Source: a virus
DNA: 39,258 bases
IMG/VR virus record: IMGVR_UViG_3300045988_163958
Location: 1 to 39,258 of that record
Reading direction: 5' to 3' (one strand)
Of the stretch, positions 19,919-28,098 are shown in pieces; position 1 is the first letter of the stretch; every line of letters starts with the position of its first letter. Under the pieces are notes generated by a model. That model was given only the letters and a program-made list of their open reading frames with translations, was not told the origin of the DNA and made no database searches. The translations under genes were made by a program, and so were the position numbers.

Positions 19919-20725
19919 CTATGCTATTTTATTTATAAGTTTATTTATAAAATATATTTGCCCTTTTCCTGTAATCTTAGGAGTTTTCTTTATTTCTATT
20001 TCTCCATTGCTATGATTTATTGCAGTTTTCTTTATTTCAAATAAGCCAAGGTCCATAGCTCTTTGAGTTGGTAAATTGTAATCTGCTCCTTCTTTCTTTA
20101 TTAGATATCCTTGTTCTCTTAACCAAGCAAACATTCTTTTTTCTCCTGTGTCATATCCATTCTGTTTTAATGTTTTTGCTAATTCTCTTATTAAAATAGA
20201 ATCCTTAGATGCTGTTACTGCTTCAGCAAACATCACTTTTGGTTTATTCTCTTCAATTTTAATTTCTAATTGCTGTATTCTTTGATTTCTTTTTTCTATT
20301 GTTCTTTGTGCTATCATTAAGGCTTTTGCCATAATATCTTCATCGGTGTCATCTTGATTTTCTACTATATACCCACCGTTTTTTCTGATAGATGGAAGTA
20401 TTTCATCGCATACTAAATCTTGAAATTTTCTAGCTACTTCATTATTGGCTTTCATGCAAAGTTTATAAAATACATTCTCTGGAATAAAATCATTTTCCAC
20501 ACTTGTGTGGTTGACCTTCAAGTCTTTCGACAACTTGTTGTCGAAACCTATTTCTTCAAGATATTTCTTAATTGTAGCCCATCTTATAGATTTATATTCT
20601 TTTCCATTTTTCATTTCCGTCTTTTCAAATCCCAACCCTCTTGCCACATCTTCTAAATTAAGATATGCAGTTCCTTTTTCATCAATATAACCTCTTACAT
20701 TTTTGTTTGTCACCAAATTATTCAT
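19919..20725 (-). CDS. Antirepressor with a Bro-N N-terminal domain and a KilA-C-like C-terminal domain.
   Basis: NVRGYIDEKGTAYLNLEDVARGLGF is a Bro-N motif, and 268 aa is a typical Ant length. Confidence 0.6.
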   Translation of the reverse strand: MNNLVTNKNVRGYIDEKGTAYLNLEDVARGLGFEKTEMKNGKEYKSIRWATIKKYLEEIGFDNKLSKDLKVNHTSVENDFIPENVFYKLCMKANNEVARKFQDLVCDEILPSIRKNGGYIVENQDDTDEDIMAKALMIAQRTIEKRNQRIQQLEIKIEENKPKVMFAEAVTASKDSILIRELAKTLKQNGYDTGEKRMFAWLREQGYLIKKEGADYNLPTQRAMDLGLFEIKKTAINHSNGEIEIKKTPKITGKGQIYFINKLINKIA

Positions 20726-21054
20726 ATTCTACCTCCAACTATCTCTATCACTTCATCTAAGCTTCTTACTACATAGTAATCCGCTCCATGTTCCTTCATT
20801 AATTTTTCCATTTCTTTTTGCTCTTTAGATTGTTTACCTACATTCGTTTTGACTTCTAATCCTATACACTTTCCATCTTTTAGTACTAGAATATCTGGAA
20901 ATCCTTTTTTTGTTCCTTTTGCTAAAGATCTCCACCTTTTACCTACAGGGTCATATATTGCGGTATTGTTTATTCTCTGCATAAATATTTTCCCTTTATT
21001 TTCTAATAACTGTAAATAGTCTATTATACTTGATTGGATTTCACTTTCTTTCAT
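20722..21054 (-). CDS. VRR-NUC domain nuclease.
   Basis: GFPDILVLKDGKCIGLEVK is the PD-(D/E)xK core, within a 110-aa protein. Confidence 0.6.
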   Translation of the reverse strand: MKESEIQSSIIDYLQLLENKGKIFMQRINNTAIYDPVGKRWRSLAKGTKKGFPDILVLKDGKCIGLEVKTNVGKQSKEQKEMEKLMKEHGADYYVVRSLDEVIEIVGGRI

Positions 21055-21214
21055 TTTTACCCCTACTTCTTAATTATCTCTATTTTAACTACGTCTTTGA
21101 ACATATACTTGAAGCTATCAACCATTATGTACAATGAAATTCCTAAGGCACACGCTATAAAAATCATTGCAAGAGTTTTTACTAATATCTCAACCGCTTT
21201 TTTTGGTCTCTTTT

Positions 21215-21406
21215 TCATTCTTCCACCTCTATAAAAACAACATCTTTCTTATCTTTCCTTAGTTGAGCTACGCATAATAGCTCTAAACAACCTATTCCTC
21301 TAAGGCAACAAATAGAACAAGTTCCATCACTTTCTACAGCTACTATATTTTTATCTTTATATTTAAATTTTTCTCCTATTTCTAAATCTATTCTAGGTAG
21401 GTTCAT
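21215..21406 (-). CDS. Hypothetical Cys-rich small protein.
   Basis: 63 aa, containing GTCSICCLRGIGCLELLC. Confidence 0.35.
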   Translation of the reverse strand: MNLPRIDLEIGEKFKYKDKNIVAVESDGTCSICCLRGIGCLELLCVAQLRKDKKDVVFIEVEE

Positions 21407-21473
21407 ATCTCTCTCCTCATCTTTCTTTCTAATGCAGCTAGTGCTATAAAAGCACCAGCCACTATTATTAATG

Positions 21474-21776
21474 CTATTTCCATATCTGCCACCACTTTTT
21501 ATTTTTCAATTCTTCCAGTTCGGATTTTAATTTACTAATTTCAAGTTTTAAGTCATTATTTTCAAATCTCAATCCAGTATTTTTATATAAAAGTTCACTA
21601 TACTTTTTTGATGTTCTTAGCCAATTAGCAGCATATGTATTTTCAGTCTTTTCTATTATTTTTCTAATCTCCTTCAAAACCTCTTCCTTATTCCCTAAGT
21701 TCCTTGAAGGTACTCCCTCTATTCCTGTTTCCTTTTTTAGGAATGTGTAAAACTTTCTCAATTCATCTCTAGTCAT
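21474..21776 (-). CDS. Hypothetical protein (100 aa, coiled-coil C-terminus).
   Basis: RBS GGGAGG is present. The frame is consistent with the rest of the operon. Confidence 0.4.
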   Translation of the reverse strand: MTRDELRKFYTFLKKETGIEGVPSRNLGNKEEVLKEIRKIIEKTENTYAANWLRTSKKYSELLYKNTGLRFENNDLKLEISKLKSELEELKNKKWWQIWK

Positions 21777-21786
21777 TTTATCCTCC

Positions 21787-21960
21787 CTAATTTAAATATC
21801 CACAAATTCTTATTTTTTTATATTTTTCTGGAAAATCTATATTTATATTTTTAAATTTTCTCCTTACTTTTTTCTTTCCATACTTTTTATATTCTTTACC
21901 TTCCAATTTCTCAATTTGCTTCTGGCTTTGCCTGCAATAAGCTACATAGCCTTTTCCCAT
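21787..21960 (-). CDS. Hypothetical small basic protein (57 aa).
   Basis: RBS GGAGG. The sequence MGKGYVAYCRQSQKQIEKLEGKEYKKYGKKKVRRKF is basic. Confidence 0.25.
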   Translation of the reverse strand: MGKGYVAYCRQSQKQIEKLEGKEYKKYGKKKVRRKFKNINIDFPEKYKKIRICGYLN

Positions 21961-21974
21961 CTAGTCCTCCTATA

Positions 21975-22748
21975 CTATAAATTTTCCCAAAAAGATTCTT
22001 TATTCTTACTTTTTTCTTTTCTTTTACTCTCCCAATCAAATTGAAATACTTTTGTCATTTCAACCATTCTATCTACTATTTTGTCACTCTCATTTAAATT
22101 TAAATGCTTTTTCAAATCAGGAAGCTTAAGATTAGTTGTAATCATTATAGGCAAGCTAACTCTATATCTCATATCTATCAAGTTAAAAACTTTCTCCAAT
22201 CCCCAATCAGTTAACTTTTCACTTCCAACATCATCTATAAACAGCAAATCAGCAGTTTTTACAGCATTTAAAAGTTTTTCTTCTTCTGGAAAATTTTCTC
22301 TTATTGCCATAAGGTATCTAGATAGATTAAAACTTAAAACACTATAGCCTTTTTCCATAATTTTGTTAGAAATACAGTTAGCTACATATGTTTTTCCAGT
22401 TCCTGCTCCACCTGCCAACATTAAACCAATATTATATCGTTTAGCTATATGGAAGTTTTCTGCATAACTCTTAAATTTTTTATATATTTCTTCTTCTGCT
22501 TTACTTACTGTTTTAGCATTTTCAAAAGTATCACTTGAATTATTTCTATCTGTAATACTCATATTTTTATATTTTTTTATTCTTCTCTCTATTCTTTCTT
22601 TCTGTTGGCATTCACAAAATACCCCTTTATCAACACCATCTTCATTTCTGTAAAGAAGAACACCACCACATTTTTCACATCTTAATAGAACTTCCATATT
22701 ACCACCAACCTTCTTCAACATTATTTTTTTTAATGTTTTTAGAATCAT
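21975..22748 (-). CDS. DnaC/IstB-like helicase loader ATPase with an N-terminal zinc ribbon.
   Basis: Walker A is GGAGTGKT and Walker B is LLFIDDVG. The N-terminal zinc ribbon is CEKCGG...CECQ. Confidence 0.75.
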   Translation of the reverse strand: MILKTLKKIMLKKVGGNMEVLLRCEKCGGVLLYRNEDGVDKGVFCECQQKERIERRIKKYKNMSITDRNNSSDTFENAKTVSKAEEEIYKKFKSYAENFHIAKRYNIGLMLAGGAGTGKTYVANCISNKIMEKGYSVLSFNLSRYLMAIRENFPEEEKLLNAVKTADLLFIDDVGSEKLTDWGLEKVFNLIDMRYRVSLPIMITTNLKLPDLKKHLNLNESDKIVDRMVEMTKVFQFDWESKRKEKSKNKESFWENL

Positions 22749-23646
22749 TACTCATATATCCATCAGCCATTATTCGATCTATCATACTTCTAACAGAGAA
22801 ATGATTTATATTTGGTTTAGTGTCTAGTTCTCCCAATAAAAACTTAGATTCTTTTATTTTATTTATCAACTCCCTAATGTTTATATCTCTGTATTTACTT
22901 GGTAACATAATATTATCTATTAGCATTTTATTTATTCCTGTAGATTTAACAGCTATATCTTTAAGTTCTTTTAAATCATTTTTAAATTCGATGGATGATG
23001 AGACCATAGGTCGAACCTCTTTTTCTTCTTTTGGTTCATCTAACTTTTTTTCATCCTCTATCTTATTTAGTTTATCTAACTTAGTATCATCATCTTTTTC
23101 TACTGTAGTATTCTTCTGGTAATCTACTGTGTAATCTACTGTTATTGGAAATTCACTTTCTTGATTTCTAGAAGTTAAGTTTCTTGATTTCCCGAAATCA
23201 ACTTTCTTGATTTCTAGAAATTCACTTTCTTGATTTCTAGGAAATTCAGCATCTTCATTTGTAACAGCATTTAATATCTCTTTAACTTTTTCATGGTTTC
23301 TCACATAATATGTTCTTCTTTCCATTCTATCTATATAAGAACAATAAGGTTTCCCTTGAAATTTATCTTCTGCTTCTTTAAATTCTTTTTTAGATTTATA
23401 AACTACTCCTATTTTAGAAAAAGCATTTCTGAATTCTGCTTTACTTATTCCTATTTCTTCTATCCAAGAATCACCTTCTTTATATGATCCGTTATCACAA
23501 GGCTCTAAAAACTTATAGAAATTTTTGTATTTATTTTTATCAAACCAATATTCTAACTGTCTCATTAAAATAGCTGGTGTTATTCCACCAAGTTTTTTAC
23601 CTAATTCTGGATAGTATGGTATGGTATTCAATTTTAAAAAACTCAT
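22699..23646 (-). CDS. Replication initiator / replisome-organiser-like protein with internal iterons.
   Basis: 315 aa, upstream of the DnaC-like gene. Internal peptide repeats RNQESEF correspond to iteron DNA. Confidence 0.5.
   Translation of the reverse strand: MSFLKLNTIPYYPELGKKLGGITPAILMRQLEYWFDKNKYKNFYKFLEPCDNGSYKEGDSWIEEIGISKAEFRNAFSKIGVVYKSKKEFKEAEDKFQGKPYCSYIDRMERRTYYVRNHEKVKEILNAVTNEDAEFPRNQESEFLEIKKVDFGKSRNLTSRNQESEFPITVDYTVDYQKNTTVEKDDDTKLDKLNKIEDEKKLDEPKEEKEVRPMVSSSIEFKNDLKELKDIAVKSTGINKMLIDNIMLPSKYRDINIRELINKIKESKFLLGELDTKPNINHFSVRSMIDRIMADGYMSNDSKNIKKNNVEEGWW
23120..23243. repeat. Origin-like iterons. Four direct repeats of about 23 bp with core CTTTCTTGATTTCTAGAA, plus a TAATCTACTGT doublet.
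   Basis: Tandem repeats read directly at 23151-23243 and 23120-23143, inside the initiator gene. Confidence 0.6.
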
Positions 23647-23878
23647 TTATTCCCTCCTTTTTGAAAGGGTTAATTTGCCAGTTAATCCTTTCTATTTTTA
23701 TTTTGTATCTACCCACCACAAATGAAGATTAACTGGCTTCAAGGTGATGAGTAGATATAAAATAAAAATTATTGTTTTTTTATTTTAAATGGCTATTTTC
23801 TAATTCTATTTTTAAAAAACAGCCATTTTTTTAAAATAGATTCAACTCGTGTGAGCTGCCAGATACTAGGATCACCTC

Positions 23879-23962
23879 CTATTTTGTTCTCTTAGTACAA
23901 GTAAAATATCCAGCTACAAATCCAATTACTAAACCAACAAATATATATCCTGCTGCTGTCAT
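23879..23962 (-). CDS. 27-aa glycine-zipper membrane micropeptide (type I toxin-like candidate).
   Basis: RBS AGGGGG lies 6 nt upstream. The sequence MTAAGYIFVGLVIGFVAGYFTCTKRTK has a GxxxGxxxG TM helix and a basic tail. Confidence 0.3.
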   Translation of the reverse strand: MTAAGYIFVGLVIGFVAGYFTCTKRTK

Positions 23963-24153
23963 TATTTACCCCCTTTTTATTTTTTATTTAAGCTTTACTA
24001 TTTACTTGTAAAACTTATTTAGAAGCCTTTCACTATATTTTGTTCATTCAACTTCTTGAAAGGCTTTAAAATCAATTTTACAATTCCATTCTCTCTCCTA
24101 AAATGTTATAATAATAATGCAACTCATTCTTATAACTAGGAGGTGAATGTTCT

Positions 24154-24294
24154 ATGGCAAATTACACAACTGGTGAAAAACCAGGTAAGGGAACTTACAC
24201 TTGCATAAAATGTGGGCAAAAAGTTAATTTAGATGATTCAACTGATACTTTACCACCATGCCCAAAGTGTAATAATTCATCTTACACTAAGTAA
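24154..24294 (+). CDS. Small zinc-ribbon protein (46 aa).
   Basis: RBS AGGAGGTG. The sequence MANYTTGEKPGKGTYTCIKCGQKVNLDDSTDTLPPCPKCNNSSYTK contains CxxC...CxxC. Confidence 0.45.
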   Translation: MANYTTGEKPGKGTYTCIKCGQKVNLDDSTDTLPPCPKCNNSSYTK

Positions 24295-24300
24295 TTTTTA

Positions 24301-24324
24301 GCCCTGCAATTGCAGGGCTTTTAT
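24301..24324. terminator. Bidirectional intrinsic terminator shared by convergent small genes.
   Basis: AGCCCTGCAATTGCAGGGCT is a perfect hairpin with a T-run after it and an A-run before it. Confidence 0.6.
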
Positions 24325-24325
24325 T

Positions 24326-24466
24326 TTACCCTTTAATTTCTTGCCAAGTATTTTCTTCAATTTTTTTAAATACTCTAACATTTGCGACTTCATGATTTTT
24401 TTGTTCCCATACTGACATCATTTCTGTCCCATCTTCTAATTTATAAAAAGAATAATGTTGTTTCAT
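24326..24466 (-). CDS. Hypothetical small protein (46 aa).
   Basis: RBS AAGGAGGTG. The sequence is MKQHYSFYKLEDGTEMMSVWEQKNHEVANVRVFKKIEENTWQEIKG. Confidence 0.3.
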   Translation of the reverse strand: MKQHYSFYKLEDGTEMMSVWEQKNHEVANVRVFKKIEENTWQEIKG

Positions 24467-24848
24467 TACTACACCTCCTTTATTTCTTTGTTTTATTTAT
24501 CTTAACTTTTGTTTATAAAGTTATAATATTTTTTTATATTTATATTGATTTTAATAATTTTAAATTTTCATTTTTCATATTCCTTTTTACACATTTTTAA
24601 CTTAACTTAATAAAGTGAAATGAAATATTTTATTTTAACTTGCTTTTGTATTTTTTCTGTGCTATTCTACTCTTATCTTGTACTTTTATGTCTATTAACG
24701 TATACCTTTTATGTTATAATAGAACAAAAATACCAGAAATACTTATTGATGAGGTGATTCTATTTTATGTTTTTTTCTTATTTTCGTAAAATTGTAGTAA
24801 CCGGTTTCATAAATCCTTTTATCACTTTTTTATTTAAACTAATCTCTT

Positions 24849-24877
24849 GATTTTTTTATCAAAAAAATTTATAATGT
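24849..24877 (+). promoter_or_regulatory. Consensus sigma70-type promoter TTGATT-N17-TATAAT. The -35 box is embedded in the palindrome TTGATttttttATCAA. It reads antisense toward the repressor genes.
   Basis: Read directly. The spacing is exactly 17. Confidence 0.45.
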
Positions 24878-25017
24878 ATATATCTATTTTTAGTTATAGA
24901 TATAATTTCTAATTCAAGGAAGTGATCTGATGGAAGAAAACAAAATATCAAATGAAACCGAATTAAAGAATATATTTATTTTATTAGAAGAAGCATATTC
25001 TACTTTAAAAAAATAAT

Positions 25018-25230
25018 TTATTTTTTTTCGATTATTATTTTATAACCTGCATTTTCCAATGTTCTACATATTGTATTAAAATGACTGCTTTCTCTATTAG
25101 CTTCAAGTATTAGTAAAAGCTGATTTAATCTTTGCTTTGTTATTTTAGCTTTTCTAGCAAATTCAGTTTTTGTATCATAATTATTTCTAATATCTTTATC
25201 TAAAATATCAAATAATTTTTTTGAGTTCAT
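25018..25230 (-). CDS. XRE-family HTH protein (70 aa from the internal ATG with a strong RBS). It is the first gene of the leftward transcript.
   Basis: RBS AAGGAGGG precedes ATG at 25228-25230. The HTH is TKTEFARKAKITKQRLNQLL. Confidence 0.55.
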   Translation of the reverse strand: MNSKKLFDILDKDIRNNYDTKTEFARKAKITKQRLNQLLLILEANRESSHFNTICRTLENAGYKIIIEKK

Positions 25231-25290
25231 ATTACCCTCCTTTTTAGTGTTCTTTATAGGATACAAAGAAAATAAAAAAAATTTATTCTT

Positions 25291-25329
25291 TATATGTTAT
25301 ATAGTATCATAAAAAGGATACGTTGTCAA
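25291..25329 (-). promoter_or_regulatory. PL-like promoter/operator TTGACA-N17-TACTAT. It is an inverted copy of the element at 25859-25887.
   Basis: The minus strand reads TTGACAacgtatcctttttatgaTACTAT. The spacer is 16/17 identical to the spacer at 25865-25881. Confidence 0.5.
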
Positions 25330-25366
25330 TAAAAAAATAACCACTCATTTTTTAGAGTGGTTTTTT

Positions 25367-25792
25367 CTATAACTTTTCTGTTTTTTCTTTCGCCTGTTCT
25401 AATATATCTTTTATTAATTCAAACTTACCATCTTTTAAACTTAAATATTCCAATCTTTCTATTATATTGAATATTATTATTTTTTGTTGTTCTTTATCCA
25501 TAAGTTTTACTAATTCAAAAAGATCACCTAAAAAATTTTCTTTTTGTTCTTTTGGCATAATATAATCTTTTACATCATCTGGTAATAATTCATCACAATA
25601 TGCCTTCATCAATCTTTTTTTATCTAGTGGGTATGTTTTTAATAATTTTTCAAATAAATTTCTTGATATAGGAGTAACTCCTTTTTCTACTTTATCAATG
25701 TAAGAAAAATTATTATCTATTTTTTCACCCAGCCCTCTTAAACTATCACCGTGCTTAATTCTTATTTCTTTTAAAATTTCTCCAAACTTCAT
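25367..25792 (-). CDS. cI-like XRE-family repressor.
   Basis: The HTH is FGEILKEIRIKHGDSLRGLGEKIDNNFSYIDKVEKG. The gene is divergent from the early operon and lies between the two operator copies. Confidence 0.65.
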   Translation of the reverse strand: MKFGEILKEIRIKHGDSLRGLGEKIDNNFSYIDKVEKGVTPISRNLFEKLLKTYPLDKKRLMKAYCDELLPDDVKDYIMPKEQKENFLGDLFELVKLMDKEQQKIIIFNIIERLEYLSLKDGKFELIKDILEQAKEKTEKL

Positions 25793-25858
25793 TTAACTCC
25801 CCTTCTTTCTTGTATTATATTTATTATACATTTTTTTAAAAAAAAAGTAAAAAAAAAC

Positions 25859-25887
25859 TTTACAACGTATCTTTTTTATGATACACT
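25859..25887 (+). promoter_or_regulatory. PR-like early promoter/operator TTTACA-N17-TACACT.
   Basis: The spacer ACGTATCTTTTTTATGA is shared with the inverted copy at 25291-25329. Confidence 0.5.
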
Positions 25888-25964
25888 ACTTATATACAGA
25901 AAGCAATATTTTTTTAAGTACTATGTATCCTAAAAAACAAACGAAATATCAAAGGAGGGAAAAT

Positions 25965-26192
25965 ATGTGGAAATGTAAAAAGTGTGGTGGAGAGGTAATA
26001 GCAATTGTTGAGTCTGATGATTCGTTTGAATTTTCTCTAGATAAATACGGTAATCCAAATGAATTTCTATCTTATACTACAGAAGATGTTGAGCAAATCG
26101 TAAAACAAAAGATAAATATAGTTGGAATGTATTGTGAAGATTGCGATATTGAAATTGAAGATTTGAAAGAAGAAGCAGTTTGGGAGGACTAG
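25965..26192 (+). CDS. Small zinc-ribbon protein (75 aa), first early gene.
   Basis: RBS AAGGAGGG. It contains CKKCGG...CEDC. An ATG at 25965 is preferred over the upstream ATG at 25878. Confidence 0.45.
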   Translation: MWKCKKCGGEVIAIVESDDSFEFSLDKYGNPNEFLSYTTEDVEQIVKQKINIVGMYCEDCDIEIEDLKEEAVWED

Positions 26193-26193
26193 T

Positions 26194-26391
26194 ATGTGGA
26201 TAACATTTAAAAGTAAGCTAGATGACGAAAAAAATTATGACATAAAAATTAATTTAAATAAGATAGAACATATAATTTTATATGAAGAAAAAATAGAGCT
26301 TTATCCAGCAATGGAAGAAAATTTCTATGTAATAAGTAAAGATTCAAATGAAAACTTTGAAGAAATAAAGAAAAAATTAATGGAGTTATAG
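26194..26391 (+). CDS. Hypothetical protein.
   Basis: RBS GGGAGG. 65 aa. Confidence 0.4.
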   Translation: MWITFKSKLDDEKNYDIKINLNKIEHIILYEEKIELYPAMEENFYVISKDSNENFEEIKKKLMEL

Positions 26392-26401
26392 GAGGTTAGA
26401 A

Positions 26402-26788
26402 ATGAAAGCTTTTAATAGTGGAAACAGAAAAAACAAGCTAATAGTAAGATTTTTAAAAGGTGTAGGAAGCGTATCATTGGCAAGCCCTCTTCTTGATAAA
26501 AACGGAGTAGCTAAAAAGAAAGGTAATGAATTATCGCTGAAACGTCACGGTTTTGGTTGTAGACCTTTAGTTTGGAAAATTGCTGATTTTATAGGTGATA
26601 GAAGTATTATTCTTAACAGTAATATGAAAAGAAAAATATATGGTATTACAAACGCTAAGGAATATTTAAAAGAAGTACAAAGTATGGACTTAGAAAGAAA
26701 AGTTGTTAGTCAATGGCTAAATGATATTGTAAATGGTAACAGTAATAGATATAAAGTTTATTGTTGGCTTTTGAGAAAAAATAAATAA
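26402..26788 (+). CDS. Hypothetical protein.
   Basis: RBS AGGAGG. 128 aa. Confidence 0.45.
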   Translation: MKAFNSGNRKNKLIVRFLKGVGSVSLASPLLDKNGVAKKKGNELSLKRHGFGCRPLVWKIADFIGDRSIILNSNMKRKIYGITNAKEYLKEVQSMDLERKVVSQWLNDIVNGNSNRYKVYCWLLRKNK

Positions 26789-26822
26789 TAAAAATCCCCA
26801 CTCAACCGAAGTTAAATGGGGT

Positions 26823-26871
26823 GAACGATATGCTATATATCGCCGAACAACTTTATTATAGCATATCGTTA
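26823..26871. repeat. Perfect 14-bp inverted repeat AACGATATGCTATA...TATAGCATATCGTT with a 21-nt spacer, preceded by the hairpin CCCCA...TGGGG.
   Basis: Read directly in the intergenic region between early genes. Confidence 0.7.
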
Positions 26872-26902
26872 CTCCAAAATCAAATATAAATGGAGGAACA
26901 AT

Positions 26903-27052
26903 ATGAGAAAGATTAAAAGAAGAAAAAACAAGATTAGAACACATGTAGAAATTAAGAAAGAGAACATTGAAAAAGCAAATGATCTTGGACTAAATATTAA
27001 AACTATTCTTAGAAAACTTTTAAAAGCTGTAAGAGGTGATAAAAATGAATAG
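26903..27052 (+). CDS. Small basic protein (49 aa), possibly DNA-binding.
   Basis: RBS TGGAGG. The sequence begins MRKIKRRKNKIRTHVEIKKENIEKANDLGLNIKTILRKLL. Confidence 0.3.
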   Translation: MRKIKRRKNKIRTHVEIKKENIEKANDLGLNIKTILRKLLKAVRGDKNE

Positions 27053-27236
27053 TGGAGATACAGAACTTAAAATACATTTGATAAAAGAAGGTTTAGAACA
27101 AAATAAAACGTTAAAAGAAATAGAGGAAGATATATTAAATAAAAATTTAGTTTTACATGATTTGGTAGATTTTATGAAAAAACCAAATATAATAGAAAAT
27201 TTTAAACATTTTAGATTTAGGAGGGTTGAAAAATGA
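27045..27236 (+). CDS. Hypothetical protein.
   Basis: RBS GAGGTG before ATG at 27045. The listed start at 27036 lies inside the previous gene. Confidence 0.35.
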   Translation: MNSGDTELKIHLIKEGLEQNKTLKEIEEDILNKNLVLHDLVDFMKKPNIIENFKHFRFRRVEK

Positions 27237-27883
27237 CAAAATTAATTACATTAGAAAAAGAAGGAATGACATCATTGGAGATAGCAGAAATAACTGGAAA
27301 ACAACATGTGCATATTATGAGAGATATTAGGGACGAGATAAACAAACTAGGTGAAAATATAGGACTATCCATTTTTGGATTGTCCTCTTACAAAAATTCT
27401 CAAAACAAAGAACAACCTATGTATAATTGTACTCCTGATGGAGTAATGCAATTAGCTGCCAGGTATGATGCAGTAGTAAGATATAAGTTGATACAAAAGG
27501 TAAAAGAGATTCAAAAAAGTTCACAAAAATTACCACAAACTTATTTAGAAGCTTTAAAAGAGCTAGTAAAGGTAGAGGAAGAAAAACAACAACTTGAGCA
27601 TAGAGTAAACAGCTTAGTACACTCTAAAAAACTTTATACAACAACTGAAATAGCCAAAGAATTAGGTTTTAAAAGTGCTATATCTTTTAATAAAAAATTA
27701 GAAGAAGATAAAATACAGTATAAATGTAATAACACTTGGGTATTATGTTCTAAATATGCTGATAAAGATTATACAAGTATAAAACAAACAGAGTTAGATA
27801 ATGGAACTGTGATATTTGATAGAAAATGGACAGGATTAGGAAGAGATTTCTTATTAGGTAAATATATAGAATGCAATGAATAG
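27233..27883 (+). CDS. Rha-family phage regulatory protein / antirepressor.
   Basis: The N-terminus SLEIAEITGKQHVHIMRDIRDEI plus MQLAARYDAVVRYKL is Rha-like. RBS AGGAGGG. Confidence 0.6.
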   Translation: MTKLITLEKEGMTSLEIAEITGKQHVHIMRDIRDEINKLGENIGLSIFGLSSYKNSQNKEQPMYNCTPDGVMQLAARYDAVVRYKLIQKVKEIQKSSQKLPQTYLEALKELVKVEEEKQQLEHRVNSLVHSKKLYTTTEIAKELGFKSAISFNKKLEEDKIQYKCNNTWVLCSKYADKDYTSIKQTELDNGTVIFDRKWTGLGRDFLLGKYIECNE

Positions 27884-27892
27884 GAGGAGAGC

Positions 27893-28015
27893 ATGAATAA
27901 GATAAAAGACTTTATTATGTTGATAATAGCAACAATAGCAATAGCTTATTCGATTGAGCTAATTTCTATTAGAAGAGAATTAATGTTAGCCTTATTAGAA
28001 TGGCTTAGGAGGTAA
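27893..28015 (+). CDS. Small membrane peptide (40 aa).
   Basis: RBS TAGGAGGAG. The sequence is MNKIKDFIMLIIATIAIAYSIELISIRRELMLALLEWLRR. Confidence 0.3.
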   Translation: MNKIKDFIMLIIATIAIAYSIELISIRRELMLALLEWLRR

Positions 28016-28017
28016 AC

Positions 28018-28098
28018 ATGAAATTTATCTATGATATAGGAGCTGTTATCACAATATTTTTAGTTATATTAATGTTGGTTTGGGAGGCTGCAAGATGA
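28018..28098 (+). CDS. Small membrane peptide (26 aa).
   Basis: RBS TAGGAGGT. The sequence is MKFIYDIGAVITIFLVILMLVWEAAR. Confidence 0.25.
   Translation: MKFIYDIGAVITIFLVILMLVWEAAR

Noticed and set aside
9823-23487. Plus-strand ORFs 9823-10071, 10749-11018, 11991-12179, 13772-14089, 15697-15924, 16911-17150, 19827-20015, 20420-20656, 20505-20690, 21034-21234, 22081-22347, 22820-23122 and 23293-23487.
   Set aside because: All are antisense within the minus-strand structural and replication operon. They have a hydrophobic low-complexity composition typical of AT-rich antisense frames.
8365-24123. Shared 17-mer GTTATAATAATAATGCA (8371-8387 and 24106-24122) and shared 13-mer ACAGAGTAATATA (7984 and 36648).
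   Set aside because: AT-only or low-complexity matches of this length are expected by chance in a roughly 28% GC genome. At most they reflect similar -10 regions.
24382-24600. Plus-strand 72-aa ORF in the AT-rich spacer.
   Set aside because: The product is Phe/Ile/Leu low-complexity with no RBS. The region contains the real minus-strand small gene at 24326-24466.
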